From contig OY970166.1 in NCBI GenBank assembly GCA_963706595.1, positions 3,808,001 to 3,872,000 on the forward strand: a stretch of DNA of 64,000 nt. The letters run 5' to 3'. The position numbers were made by a program, and so were the translations under genes. Numbering within the stretch: the stretch's first letter is position 1; each line of letters begins with the position of its first letter. The stretch is from an uncultured cyanobacterium (GTDB lineage Bacteria > Cyanobacteriota > Cyanobacteriia > Cyanobacteriales > Nostocaceae). Shown piece after piece: positions 34,190-44,194 of the stretch. The notes beneath the pieces were generated by a model that saw only the letters and a list, made by a program, of their open reading frames with translations, was not told the DNA's origin and made no database searches.

Positions 34190-34954
34190 TTACCAATCAA
34201 CTGGTAAACCCAACTGGTTTAAAGTATCTTTCTCTTGTAAAAGTGCTTGAATCTCACTGTCTATTTGAATGCGTCCACCAGATAGCACCAAAGCACGTTG
34301 AGTCACTTTTCCCAACCAATGTAATTCATGGGAAGCAATTAACATTATCTGCACTGGCAACTTTAACAATACTTGCGCTAAATGCCTTCGCCATGCGGGA
34401 TCAAGTCCATTCGTTGGTTCATCTAAAATCAAAATTGTCGGCTCTAGGGCTAAAATCGCCGCTAAAGCAGCAAGTCGTCTTTGTCCTCCAGAAAGTTCGT
34501 GAGTGGAACGGTGAGCGTAAGCTTCTAAACCAAAATCTGTTAATAACTGTCTGGCTCGATCAATGGCGACGGCTGGGGGAACACCGTAATTGCGCGGACC
34601 AAAGGTAATATCTTCTAAAATAGTGGGCATAAATAGTTGGTCATTGGCATCTTGAAAGCCAAAACCAATGTAACGCCGCACTTGGGGGAGGGTTTTCGGT
34701 TCTAGAGGGATACCATTAATTAAAATTTTTCCCGAAGTTGGTTGTTTTAAGCCCATCAGGTTTTCTAATAAGGTACTTTTACCAGAACCAGTTGCACCCA
34801 TCAAGGCCACTCGCTCGCCTGCATTCAATGTAAAAGAAACTTCTTGCAATACTGGCTCCTGGTGACTGTAGGTATAGACCAGATTCTGCACCGAAATCAC
34901 TGTGGAGTGGGGGTGATGTGTGGGAAGTTGGGGATCAGAAGTCAAAGATTTCAA
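34190..34954 (-). CDS. ECF transporter ATPase (NikO/CbiO-like)
   Basis: GATGSGKST, FQDANDQLF, LSGGQRR, LDEPT. Confidence 0.9.
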   Translation of the reverse strand: MKSLTSDPQLPTHHPHSTVISVQNLVYTYSHQEPVLQEVSFTLNAGERVALMGATGSGKSTLLENLMGLKQPTSGKILINGIPLEPKTLPQVRRYIGFGFQDANDQLFMPTILEDITFGPRNYGVPPAVAIDRARQLLTDFGLEAYAHRSTHELSGGQRRLAALAAILALEPTILILDEPTNGLDPAWRRHLAQVLLKLPVQIMLIASHELHWLGKVTQRALVLSGGRIQIDSEIQALLQEKDTLNQLGLPVDW

Positions 34955-34964
34955 AATACCTGAG

Positions 34965-35618
34965 CTAAATTTTATAGGAAGTTATGGTTAAGCCAGATGC
35001 GATCGCCCAAGCTAATAATAAGGCAAAACGCTCTTTTGGTCTAAATGTTGCATCTACAGGTAACTGCCCATTGTAACCACGCATTACCATTGCCGCATAA
35101 ACACGCTCTGCCCGATCTAAACTGCGGAGATATAAAGCTCCAATCATTGCCGCACTTGTGTAGCGCAACCATCCCAAAGTACCATTTAAACCCCGCAATT
35201 GAGCGCTGCGCTGCATTCGGGTGACTTCATCTAGCAAGATTTCTAGATACTGCCCAGCTAACAATAAATTTGCCTTAATCGCTGCGGGTACGGGTAAACT
35301 TTTCAAGGCAATACCGAAACTATGGGGAGGTAAGGTTAACAAAAAACTATTCATAGTCACTAGACAAACCAGGGAACGCACCAATAAAAAACTGGCTCGT
35401 TCCCATCCCAAAGGTAATGCCATGAATGAGAGAAAAATTAACTCAGTCCCAATGAGTCCGCCTAACTGGGGAATAGGTACGCGCAAAAATGTTGCCCAAA
35501 CCAGAGCGATCGCTCCATATATCCCCAAGCAAAGCCAACCATTATACTGTAGTAAAGCTGCCCCCACCACAATGACTAAAGAAAAATGCAAACGTAACGG
35601 CAAAGTTAGTTTAAGCAT
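34965..35618 (-). CDS. ECF transporter T component (NikQ/CbiQ-like)
   Basis: SAQLRG and RAERVYAAMVMRGY motifs. Confidence 0.88.
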   Translation of the reverse strand: MLKLTLPLRLHFSLVIVVGAALLQYNGWLCLGIYGAIALVWATFLRVPIPQLGGLIGTELIFLSFMALPLGWERASFLLVRSLVCLVTMNSFLLTLPPHSFGIALKSLPVPAAIKANLLLAGQYLEILLDEVTRMQRSAQLRGLNGTLGWLRYTSAAMIGALYLRSLDRAERVYAAMVMRGYNGQLPVDATFRPKERFALLLAWAIASGLTITSYKI

Positions 35619-36534
35619 TCTTGGGTTTCACCACCTTAGCAATCCCAAAAGCTACACCAAAACTAACCACAGATCCCAGCAGCCCAGCAATACTCGTACC
35701 AATTAGCCCTAAAGATTCAATTTCATAGTCAGCAAAAGGCGTTGGTACTTCCACTCGCACTTTCTCGGCTAAATCAATAAAATCTAGGTTTTCAGCCACT
35801 CTTTCCAAACCGTCCGGCCATCCTGAAGCCACCAAAGATAATACACCACCAACTAATAAAATGCTGATCACAGGCACTAACCATCCTTGAAATTTCTGCT
35901 CCTCTCCTGGGAGTAAATCTGGTCTGGCTGTAGCCAGGTAAGCTACCACACCGCCAGTAATTAAGCCCTCGCCAATCCCAATCAGAATATGTACTCCTGC
36001 CATAGCTGGTAAAACTATACCTGCGGATGCTGTTCCAGAAAGCACTAACTGAATGGCACAAGCGACAGATGCCACAACTACGCTGACACCAGCCGCAATA
36101 CCAGCCGCCAGAGGTAAGCGACCTTTAGAACCTCCAAATAGCCGTTGTAAGGTTTGGGTTAACACCCAGCCCACCCAAACACTAATTACGGCTGCATTTA
36201 AAATATTCGCGCCCAAAGCTGTGATCCCACCATCGGCAAATAGTACAGCTTGAATAATGAAAACTGTGGCAATACATAACGTTCCTGCCCAGGGACTGCC
36301 CAAAACTATCGCCGCTAAGGTTCCCCCCAACAAGTGACCGCTAGTGCCTCCGGCTACGGGAAAATTAACCATCTGGGCAGCAAAAATAAACGCAGTGGTT
36401 AAGCCCAGTATAGGGGCGCGACGGATACCAAAGGCTTCTTGCGATCGCCCACAAGCAACAGCAAGTGCGATCGCACTCACTAAACTAGTAGCCCCAGCTA
36501 CGGGAACTGAAAGAAATCCATCAGGAATATGCAT
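35611..36534 (-). CDS. ECF S component, fused NikMN-like with PDGLE domain
   Basis: MHIPDGFL N-terminus, GTSGHLLG, ADGGITALGAN, PDGLE. Confidence 0.88.
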   Translation of the reverse strand: MHIPDGFLSVPVAGATSLVSAIALAVACGRSQEAFGIRRAPILGLTTAFIFAAQMVNFPVAGGTSGHLLGGTLAAIVLGSPWAGTLCIATVFIIQAVLFADGGITALGANILNAAVISVWVGWVLTQTLQRLFGGSKGRLPLAAGIAAGVSVVVASVACAIQLVLSGTASAGIVLPAMAGVHILIGIGEGLITGGVVAYLATARPDLLPGEEQKFQGWLVPVISILLVGGVLSLVASGWPDGLERVAENLDFIDLAEKVRVEVPTPFADYEIESLGLIGTSIAGLLGSVVSFGVAFGIAKVVKPKNA

Positions 36535-36629
36535 TATGTACTCTTTATTGGATGTATGGACTCACACAACATAAACAATGTAATTACGGTATCACATTAA
36601 TAGAAAACAGAATTTCGCCGACTTTGGCA

Positions 36630-36646
36630 ATGCCCTCTGGGGGGAT
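36630..36646. promoter_or_regulatory. Candidate InrS (CsoR/RcnR family) operator upstream of nikM
   Basis: ATGCCCTCTGGGGGGAT: C/G tracts flanked by AT, ~95 bp upstream of the start. Confidence 0.5.
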
Positions 36647-36790
36647 TTTATTCTGTGATTCACAGAATTTTCATTAAAAATCTAATTTCTGTGTAAAATT
36701 AGCTTTGTCGCTTTGGGGAAAGTCAGATTTTTTGGGTATTATTCAGTCATTGGGATGATATCTGCAATTGACAGGGCCACTTTAAGTGGT

Positions 36791-37621
36791 CTAAAAATCA
36801 GGAAACAGTTTCAAAATTCTTTGCCGGAAACCTGCCAAAATAGGTTCTTCTTCACCTAGTCCTTCAGCAAATAATAGCTCATATATTAGTGGTACTTCTA
36901 GCTGTAAAGCTTCCAGAATTTCCCGTTGGCTAAATACATCTGGTGGTGTTCCCTCTAAGATAAGTTGTCCTTTATCCATGACAAATACCCAGTCTGCCCA
37001 ACGGTATACTAAATCAAGGTCATGGGTGGCCATTAATATTGTTGTTCCAGAGGCATGAATATTTTTCAGAGTGGTCATCAAGTTACGAGTATGTAACTTA
37101 TCCAGATATGCTGTTGGTTCATCTAGTAATAACAGTTCTGGTTTTAGCACCATGACATCAGCAATAGAGACTCGTTTTTTTTGCCCCAAGCTGAGATGAT
37201 GTACAGGTCTTTGAGCTAATTCAGTTAATCCAAACTCAACTAAAGCTTCTTCGATACGTTTTTGAATCTCTGCTGTTGGTAATCCCAAGTTACACAAACC
37301 GTAAGAAATATCTTCTTCAACCGTCGAGGCTACCAACTGTTGCTCTGGATCTTGAAAAATAAGACCGACTTTTTGGCGTAATTCTAGTAAAGATTTCCGG
37401 TTATATTGTAACGGCTGACTTTGCCATTTAATATTTCCTGTCTGGGGTTTATATAAACCATTAGCTAATAAAAATAATGTGGTTTTACCACAGCCATTTT
37501 GACCTATCAATGCACATTTCTTTTTTGCTGGTATATTTAGTGTTAAACCATTTAAAACTGATTGTTGTGTGCCTGGATAAGTGTAATGTACCTGCTCAAA
37601 TTCTAGTAATGTTTGCTGCAT
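36791..37621 (-). CDS. cbiO: Cobalt ECF transporter ATPase CbiO
   Basis: GQNGCGKTT, FQDPEQQL, LSLGQKKR; in cbiMNQO order. Confidence 0.88.
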   Translation of the reverse strand: MQQTLLEFEQVHYTYPGTQQSVLNGLTLNIPAKKKCALIGQNGCGKTTLFLLANGLYKPQTGNIKWQSQPLQYNRKSLLELRQKVGLIFQDPEQQLVASTVEEDISYGLCNLGLPTAEIQKRIEEALVEFGLTELAQRPVHHLSLGQKKRVSIADVMVLKPELLLLDEPTAYLDKLHTRNLMTTLKNIHASGTTILMATHDLDLVYRWADWVFVMDKGQLILEGTPPDVFSQREILEALQLEVPLIYELLFAEGLGEEEPILAGFRQRILKLFPDF

Positions 37622-37628
37622 AATTATA

Positions 37629-37710
37629 ATATTTTCCCAAATGCTAAGTAAGTTGTCGTAAATAATTATTATATTTTCCCAAATGCTAAGTAAGTTGTCG
37701 TAAATAATTA
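37629..37710. repeat. 42-bp-period tandem duplication between cbiQ and cbiO
   Basis: atattttcccaaatgctaagtaagttgtcgtaaataatta occurs twice. Confidence 0.9.
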
Positions 37711-37820
37711 AAGGTTTGTAGTCAGGACTTTACTCCTGAATTAAAAGGATGTTTTCAAAGTTTTGGGCGAATATAATTAAATATTTTTGACTTTTGATTT
37801 TTGACTTCCGCCCTGCGGTT

Positions 37821-38606
37821 CTAGCCCCATGTCAATCCTATTAAAACTACACATCCGATAATTGCTTCTATAGCATAGCGTTTAGAGAAATGATATCGAT
37901 GGGGATGCCAAACTTTAAATTCGCCATTAAAACCCCTTGAAGCTAAACTTAAAGAGACTTGACGATAGTTTTCTAGGGTGCGTCTGAGTAGTTGTCCAAT
38001 CAACAACGATAAACTTTTGATCCCAATTCTAAAAGTGCAGTAGCCACCACGAGACTGCTGTGCAGTCCAGACTTGGGACGCTGTGTTTAATAAAACGAAA
38101 ATAAAACGGTACATTAATAATAAAATGTCTGTTAATATCACTGGGAACCCAAAGCGGCGCAAGGTTTGTAAAAGTTCAGCAAATGGGATAGTTAACATCA
38201 CAAAATATAAGCAAGAAAGTGACGCGATCGCTCGTGTTAAAATTGTCCATCCTTGCTCCATGCCATAATGACTAATATATAGATAATAATCACCAACATT
38301 TAACCCAAATATGGCATCATCTTGAATCAAATTTAGGTGATTATTATGTATACCATTAATTACTAAAGCTGGCAAACTCGTTAACCAGAACAAAGTAGCA
38401 ATATAAACTAGTTTTAGATATATATTTAGGGGGATTTTAGCATAAATCACTGTCCAAATACTCATCCAGATGGCAATTAAAATCTGTACTGGTGGATGAG
38501 TAAAGGCAGTGATAATTAGTAAGGCGATCGCAAATAATAATTTTTGCTCTGGCGCTAACCATCGCAACCGATTAGTATAAGCCAGAGTATCTATTTGCAG
38601 CGTCAT
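37821..38606 (-). CDS. cbiQ: Cobalt ECF transporter T component CbiQ
   Basis: IDTLAYTNRLR, YRFIFVL, AQQSRGGY, SRGFNG. Confidence 0.92.
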   Translation of the reverse strand: MTLQIDTLAYTNRLRWLAPEQKLLFAIALLIITAFTHPPVQILIAIWMSIWTVIYAKIPLNIYLKLVYIATLFWLTSLPALVINGIHNNHLNLIQDDAIFGLNVGDYYLYISHYGMEQGWTILTRAIASLSCLYFVMLTIPFAELLQTLRRFGFPVILTDILLLMYRFIFVLLNTASQVWTAQQSRGGYCTFRIGIKSLSLLIGQLLRRTLENYRQVSLSLASRGFNGEFKVWHPHRYHFSKRYAIEAIIGCVVLIGLTWG

Positions 38607-38905
38607 TCTTTATTCCTTTGCTGGCGGTCACGCTCCTTATATAATCCAATCACATAACCAATAACTCCAGCACCCACAGCAGCTTGAGAGGTGAATAACA
38701 AGCTTTCTACTTCGCCGCTAGGTGGTTCAAAAACAGGTTGAAACCAAGGTTCATAACTAGGCTGTACTTCCCCAATTGCTGCTTCGGCTTCTCCATCCGC
38801 ACCATTAAATTCTGCATCCCGGATAAATATTAAGGGCGCAACTGCTAAAATGATCACGGCTAATATTAAAAGCCAGTTATTCAATCCTTGTTTAGACTGG
38901 TTCAT
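38603..38905 (-). CDS. cbiN: Cobalt transport protein CbiN
   Basis: [29 protein letters not shown]. Confidence 0.93.
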   Translation of the reverse strand: MNQSKQGLNNWLLILAVIILAVAPLIFIRDAEFNGADGEAEAAIGEVQPSYEPWFQPVFEPPSGEVESLLFTSQAAVGAGVIGYVIGLYKERDRQQRNKE

Positions 38906-39677
38906 TGTTTTGAGTTTTCCCTGGAATTAATTTCAATAGTTCGAGTTCTTGAGGCGTATAGGATTGTAACCAGTTCCACACCAGCACAGTCAGCAAACCT
39001 TCGCTAATTGCCAAAGGAACTTGAGTAATGGCGAAAATGCCCGCAAACTTGGCGAATGAAGCCATAAACCCACCCACAGGTGCAGGAAAAGCTAAAGCCA
39101 GTTGAACAGAAGTAATGATGTAGGTGAGTAAATTGGCTAAAGCTGCGGCTAAAAATATGGCAATTCTGGGCTTACCAGTGAGCCGCTTTGTCAGATGATA
39201 TATCCAGTAAGCGGCAAATGGACCAGCGATCGCCATCGAAAAAGCATTAGCTCCCAGTGTTGTTAAACCGCCGTGCGCTAGCAGCAGCGCTTGAAATAAT
39301 AAAACCAGCGTACCTAACACTGACATGGCTAAAGGTCCAAATAGCACTGCGCCTAAGCCAGTCCCTGTAGGATGGGAAGAACTACCTGTAACTGAGGGTA
39401 TTTTCAGCGCTGACAAAACAAAGGTAAAGGCTCCTGCTAATGCTAAAAGTAATTTTAATTCTGGATTGGCTTGGGTAATCCGAGTCAGCGATCGCAATCC
39501 TAAAACCAAAAATGGTAACGCTACCGCCCACCAAAAAATTGCCCAACTCGCTGGTAAGTAGCCTTCCATAATGTGCATCGCATAAGCTGGTGCAGATGCT
39601 CCCACAACTAGGTAAAAGCTGAGAAGCCCTATCAGTATTAGTGATCCACCTTTGGATGTGATCATGGTTTTTAACAA
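38892..39677 (-). CDS. cbiM: Cobalt ECF S component CbiM with N-terminal signal peptide
   Basis: [34 protein letters not shown]. Confidence 0.93.
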   Translation of the reverse strand: MLKTMITSKGGSLILIGLLSFYLVVGASAPAYAMHIMEGYLPASWAIFWWAVALPFLVLGLRSLTRITQANPELKLLLALAGAFTFVLSALKIPSVTGSSSHPTGTGLGAVLFGPLAMSVLGTLVLLFQALLLAHGGLTTLGANAFSMAIAGPFAAYWIYHLTKRLTGKPRIAIFLAAALANLLTYIITSVQLALAFPAPVGGFMASFAKFAGIFAITQVPLAISEGLLTVLVWNWLQSYTPQELELLKLIPGKTQNNEPV

Positions 39678-39821
39678 TCTTTCTACCTATTGATGTATTC
39701 CAACGACTTAGTTTAAATGAAAAATTTAAAATTCCCCATACAAAAGTCCCATTACTCTCAAAGTGAATTATAGGACTTTGTTTGGTTTGAGTTGTCTGCT
39801 CAAGTAGATTTGGCCAATAGT

Positions 39822-39836
39822 TGATAATAATTGACA
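39822..39836. promoter_or_regulatory. Fur-family (Fur/Zur-like) 7-1-7 box in the cbiM / multicopper oxidase divergent region
   Basis: TGATAAT-A-ATTGACA matches TGATAATnATTATCA with two mismatches. Confidence 0.5.
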
Positions 39837-39904
39837 ATAACTCTTGAATCTCATACTATACACAAAAGTAATTGCCAATTTTTAGTATTTGTGCTGATCA
39901 TGTC

Positions 39905-40900
39905 ATGCCCAACAACTTTGCTCTAGACCAAGAAAAACTTTGGAGCCGTCGCCAACTGCTGAAATTGGGGTTAGCAGGTGCTGGGGTGACAAGTGCTGCG
40001 ACACTTTGGCATTTTCTGAATTTACAAAATAACTTAAACGTCAGAGTGCCGTCTATAGAGATAGAAGCAACTGAAGGCGTTGCTCACCCGATGAAAATGC
40101 TCAGAGAGTTCGATTATGGGACAATCAAACAAGAAAATGGGCGTACTATCCGAGAATTTGAATTAACTGCGGGTACTTCTACAATTCAACTCAATAGCGC
40201 TGTCTCCTACAATATTTGGGATTTAAACGGTCGGATACCAGGGCCAACCCTACGAGCAAAACAAGGCGATCGCGTGCGGGTGCTGTTTCTCAACCAAGCC
40301 GGACATTCTCACTCTTTACATTTTCATGGCACTCATCCGGCGGAAATGGACGGTGTTCGCCCAGTTAGACATGGTAGCGCCACAATTTATGAATTTGATG
40401 CTGAACCCTATGGTGTTCACTTGTACCACTGCCATATTGAACCAGTTACTCGTCACATTGCCAAGGGGCTATATGGGATGTTTATTGTTGACCCCCCAAC
40501 ACCACGCCCCCCAGCAGATGAGATAGTTTTAGTTATGGCTGGGTATGACGTGAATGATGATAACCGTAACGAATACTACGCCTTCAACGGTTTACCTGAC
40601 CACTATATGCATCATCCCATACCCATTTACCAAGACCAGTTGATTCGGCTGTATGTCCTGAATATTATTGAATTTGACCCAGCAGTAACGTTTCATCTCC
40701 ACGCCAATTTCTTTGATGTCTATCGGTCTGGGATGACTATGACTCCCAGTGAAAAAACTGATGTGATTACGATGGGTGTAGCAGAAAGGCATATCTTAGA
40801 GTTTGCTTTTCGCTATCCAGGAAAGTATATGTTTCATCCTCATCAGGATGCGATCGCCGAAAAAGGTTGCATGGGTCAATTTGAAGTCATCGCTACTTGA
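39905..40900 (+). CDS. Tat-exported two-domain multicopper oxidase
   Basis: SRRQLLK Tat motif; HSLHFHG; YHCH...H; FHLH; FHPH; ATG at 39905 preferred over TTG at 39872. Confidence 0.9.
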   Translation: MPNNFALDQEKLWSRRQLLKLGLAGAGVTSAATLWHFLNLQNNLNVRVPSIEIEATEGVAHPMKMLREFDYGTIKQENGRTIREFELTAGTSTIQLNSAVSYNIWDLNGRIPGPTLRAKQGDRVRVLFLNQAGHSHSLHFHGTHPAEMDGVRPVRHGSATIYEFDAEPYGVHLYHCHIEPVTRHIAKGLYGMFIVDPPTPRPPADEIVLVMAGYDVNDDNRNEYYAFNGLPDHYMHHPIPIYQDQLIRLYVLNIIEFDPAVTFHLHANFFDVYRSGMTMTPSEKTDVITMGVAERHILEFAFRYPGKYMFHPHQDAIAEKGCMGQFEVIAT

Positions 40901-41177
40901 GTCCTGAGAATTAAGGAAGATCATTAAATTCTCTGGAATATTTCAGCAATTAGTTGACAAAAAATATTATTTCGTACAACAGTAAAATCTATACAAACTA
41001 TTGTGTGTTGTGTGAATCGTTTTAAGAACTTCCAAATAAAAAAACACTCAACCACTTAACGCACAAAAAAACCTCACTTCGACAAGCTCAGTGACCACTC
41101 AAACGCTCTTGACTCTGTGTCCTCTGCGCCTCTGTGGTTCGTTTTTCACTACTCTTAAAATTTTGCTAGGAGCAAAA

Positions 41178-42200
41178 ATGATTCAATTACGTTATGCCAG
41201 CTTGACTGTTACCACTGCGATCATGGTTGCTCTAAGTGCTTGTAACAGTACACCAACCGCAGAAAATCCATCCACGCCAGCCGCTAATCCCAGTTCCCAA
41301 ACTACAGAAGTTGTCAGCCACGTTGGTCACGGTGGTAAAGCTCAAATTAACATCAACACTGCTATCTTGTCAGAGTTGGATAAATTTGAAGCCAAGTTAG
41401 GTATCCCCGCATTATCGAACAAAATTCAAGCGAACCGTCCCTATGGTAGTCCTGAAGATTTGGTGAGCAAAAAAGTCATCACTCAGGAACAATTTGACCA
41501 AATTAAAGATTCGGTTACTGTTCAGGAAGTAGCACTCACAGGTGAAGCCAAAGATGTGGATTACATGACCAAATTGAGTTTAATGAAAGGGCATCTTTTA
41601 GTAGCAAAAGAACTGCTAGAAAAGAATCAGCCCAAACAAGCGGAACCTCATATTGGACATCCTGTTGAAGAGATATATGTTGATGTAGAAGAGCAACTAA
41701 ATGAGCGTCAAGTTACAGAATTTAAGACAACTTTGGTGAGTTTGCAAAATTTCGTCAAATCTAATCCCAAAGATGCCAAAGTGAACACTGATTTGACCGC
41801 TTCCATGCAAGCAATTGATGGAGCGATCGCCGCTTTACCCGCAGAACAACGCTCAAAACCAAAATTTGTCCTTCAGGTGATCAACGAATTACTAGATGCA
41901 GCGAACGCCGAATATACAGCCGCGATCGCAGATAGCAAAATATCTGAACCAATTGAATATCAAGATTCCCGTGGCTTTGTCGTCTACGCCAATGAACTAT
42001 ATCAAGGGATTGCTAGCCAAGTAGCCACAGAAAACCCCGAAGCAGACGCAGCAATCAAGGCTAGTTTTACTGAATTAAAAGCAGCTTGGCCTAGCGTTAT
42101 TCCACCAGCTACAGCAGCAAAGACACCGGAGGATGTGACTAAGCTGGTGACAACTATTGCGGAAAACTCGCAAAAAATTCTCAAAAAACCCAGTATCTAA
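41178..42200 (+). CDS. Lipoprotein with HhH (ComEA/PsbU-like) domain and helical putative metal-binding domain
   Basis: AGGAG RBS before ATG 41178; lipobox ALSAC; ININTA...NRPYGSPEDL; HIGHPVEE; EYQD. Confidence 0.75.
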   Translation: MIQLRYASLTVTTAIMVALSACNSTPTAENPSTPAANPSSQTTEVVSHVGHGGKAQININTAILSELDKFEAKLGIPALSNKIQANRPYGSPEDLVSKKVITQEQFDQIKDSVTVQEVALTGEAKDVDYMTKLSLMKGHLLVAKELLEKNQPKQAEPHIGHPVEEIYVDVEEQLNERQVTEFKTTLVSLQNFVKSNPKDAKVNTDLTASMQAIDGAIAALPAEQRSKPKFVLQVINELLDAANAEYTAAIADSKISEPIEYQDSRGFVVYANELYQGIASQVATENPEADAAIKASFTELKAAWPSVIPPATAAKTPEDVTKLVTTIAENSQKILKKPSI

Positions 42201-42391
42201 GTCAGGCGATGGGCAAAGCCACGCCCAAGGCGATCGCATTGACTTAATTGGTAGTGCAGAGAGAGGAGTTTAGAATGAATGAGAAGGTAAGGTTATGGAG
42301 TGTAAATAGCTTGGGCTTTTAATACCTGTAGAGACTATACCTCTTAACTCAATACTGATGACTCCCCATTCGTAAATTTAACTAACAACTG

Positions 42392-42826
42392 ATGCAAGAG
42401 CTTGACAACGAAAAAACCATCGATCTACTGAACGCCATCATGGAATTTGAATTAGCGGGAGTAGTACGCTACACCCATTATTCCTTAATGGTAACTGGCC
42501 CTAATCGTATTCCCATCGTAGCTTTTTTCAAAGCACAGGCGAGTGAGTCTCTACTTCATGCCCAACAAGTCGGAGAAATCCTCACCGGTTTAGAGGGGCA
42601 TCCTTCTCTCAAAATCGCCCAAATGGAAGAAACTTACCAGCATACAGTCAAAGATATTTTGGCAGAAAGCTTATCCCATGAAAAGAAAGCGCTGGATTTG
42701 TACAAAAGTCTCTTGGAAACTGTCACCAATGCCAGCATTTATCTAGAAGAATTTGCTCGTGGGATGATTGGCCAAGAAGAGATGCATAATCTCGAACTCA
42801 AAAAGATGCTCCGCGATTTCAGCTAA
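42392..42826 (+). CDS. Ferritin-like / bacterioferritin-family protein
   Basis: EFELAG..Y, ESLLHA, EKKALDLY, EEMH. Confidence 0.88.
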   Translation: MQELDNEKTIDLLNAIMEFELAGVVRYTHYSLMVTGPNRIPIVAFFKAQASESLLHAQQVGEILTGLEGHPSLKIAQMEETYQHTVKDILAESLSHEKKALDLYKSLLETVTNASIYLEEFARGMIGQEEMHNLELKKMLRDFS

Positions 42827-42996
42827 TAATTAAGGGAGTAGGGAGGAGAAGAAGCAGGGGAGCAGGGAGCAGGGAGCAGGGGTGAGTTGGAAATTACTTT
42901 ACACGGACGACTGCTTAACAACCTATTCTCTTCTCCCCTGCACCTGCCCCTCTGCCTCTTTCCCACTCCCCATTGCCCATTTCCCATTCCCTAACC

Positions 42997-43965
42997 ATGA
43001 ATTTTAGTACTGCTCTACCTACTTTTGTAATTACACTCCGAGAAGGAGTAGAAGCTGCCCTCGTTGTGGGCATTGTGCTAGCGTTGTTGAAAAAAGCCAA
43101 CCAATCCCGACTCAACCCTTGGGTATATGCTGGTGTCGGTGTTGGCATTGTGATTAGTGCCTTGATAGGTGTGTTATTTAGTTGGTTAATTCAAGCACTA
43201 GGGGCGGTAAATCCTCAATACACCTCAGTCGTTGAGCCAATGCTAGAGGCTGTGTTTAGCGTTGTCGCGATCGCTATGCTCAGTTGGATGCTAATCTGGA
43301 TGACGAAACAAGCCAGATTCATGAAAGCGCAAGTTGAAGGAGCCGTCACAGAAGCGCTAACACAAAATTCCAATGCAGGTTGGGGCGTGTTTAGTTTAAT
43401 TTTGATCGCCGTTGTCCGTGAAGGTTTTGAAACTGTTCTATTTATTGCTGCGAATTTTCAACAGGGATTAGTACCGGCTTTAGGTGCGATTGGCGGTTTA
43501 GCAGGGGCGGCTGCGATTGGAGTCTTACTATTTAAATGGGGTGTCAAAATCAATATTCGCCAGTTTTTCCAAGTGATGGGCGTTTTATTGGTGTTGATAG
43601 TTTCCGGCTTAGTAGTTTCCGCCTTGAAGCATTTTGATGAAGGTTTGGCTAACCTTGCCCTTAGCAGTCGTGCCTCAGAAAGTATCTGTTTCTATTACGA
43701 ACACTTTACTAAAGTCAAATCTTGCATATTGGGGCCAATGGTGTGGAATACTCACACAATATTACCAGATGAACAATTCCCCGGTATTATCCTCAAATCC
43801 TTGTTTGGCTACAGAGAACATCTGTATCTAGTACAGGCAATCGCTTATGTTGTATTTTTAGCCACTGTCGGAGGGATCTATTTCCGCAGTCTAACTCGTG
43901 GTGCTGTTAAAAATGCCAAGAATAATTCAGTCAATCGAAAACCCATGAGTTCTGCAAAGGAATAA
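42997..43965 (+). CDS. FTR1-family high-affinity iron permease
   Basis: Two RExxE motifs (REGVE, REGFE); multiple TM segments; ATG at 42997. Confidence 0.93.
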   Translation: MNFSTALPTFVITLREGVEAALVVGIVLALLKKANQSRLNPWVYAGVGVGIVISALIGVLFSWLIQALGAVNPQYTSVVEPMLEAVFSVVAIAMLSWMLIWMTKQARFMKAQVEGAVTEALTQNSNAGWGVFSLILIAVVREGFETVLFIAANFQQGLVPALGAIGGLAGAAAIGVLLFKWGVKINIRQFFQVMGVLLVLIVSGLVVSALKHFDEGLANLALSSRASESICFYYEHFTKVKSCILGPMVWNTHTILPDEQFPGIILKSLFGYREHLYLVQAIAYVVFLATVGGIYFRSLTRGAVKNAKNNSVNRKPMSSAKE

Positions 43966-44194
43966 ACATAAAAAATGCGAGTAAAGACACAAGCCAAAAT
44001 TACATTAGGAACTTATGACTTTGCTACTCGCTAAAATCTATACAAGGTTGATGGAAAAAAAGCTATAAGTAAGTATACAGTAATAATGCGAAAATTATTG
44101 TTTTATAGATAACAAATCCTATTTTGGTCAATCAATTGACAGTCAAATTTTTGACTCCCATATTTTGGCTTTATTGGTACCGAGAGTCATATTT

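Noticed and set aside
39677..39905. Cobalamin riboswitch upstream of cbiM
   Set aside because: AT-rich region with no visible GGGAA...GCCACTG / B12-box core; not confirmed by a covariance search
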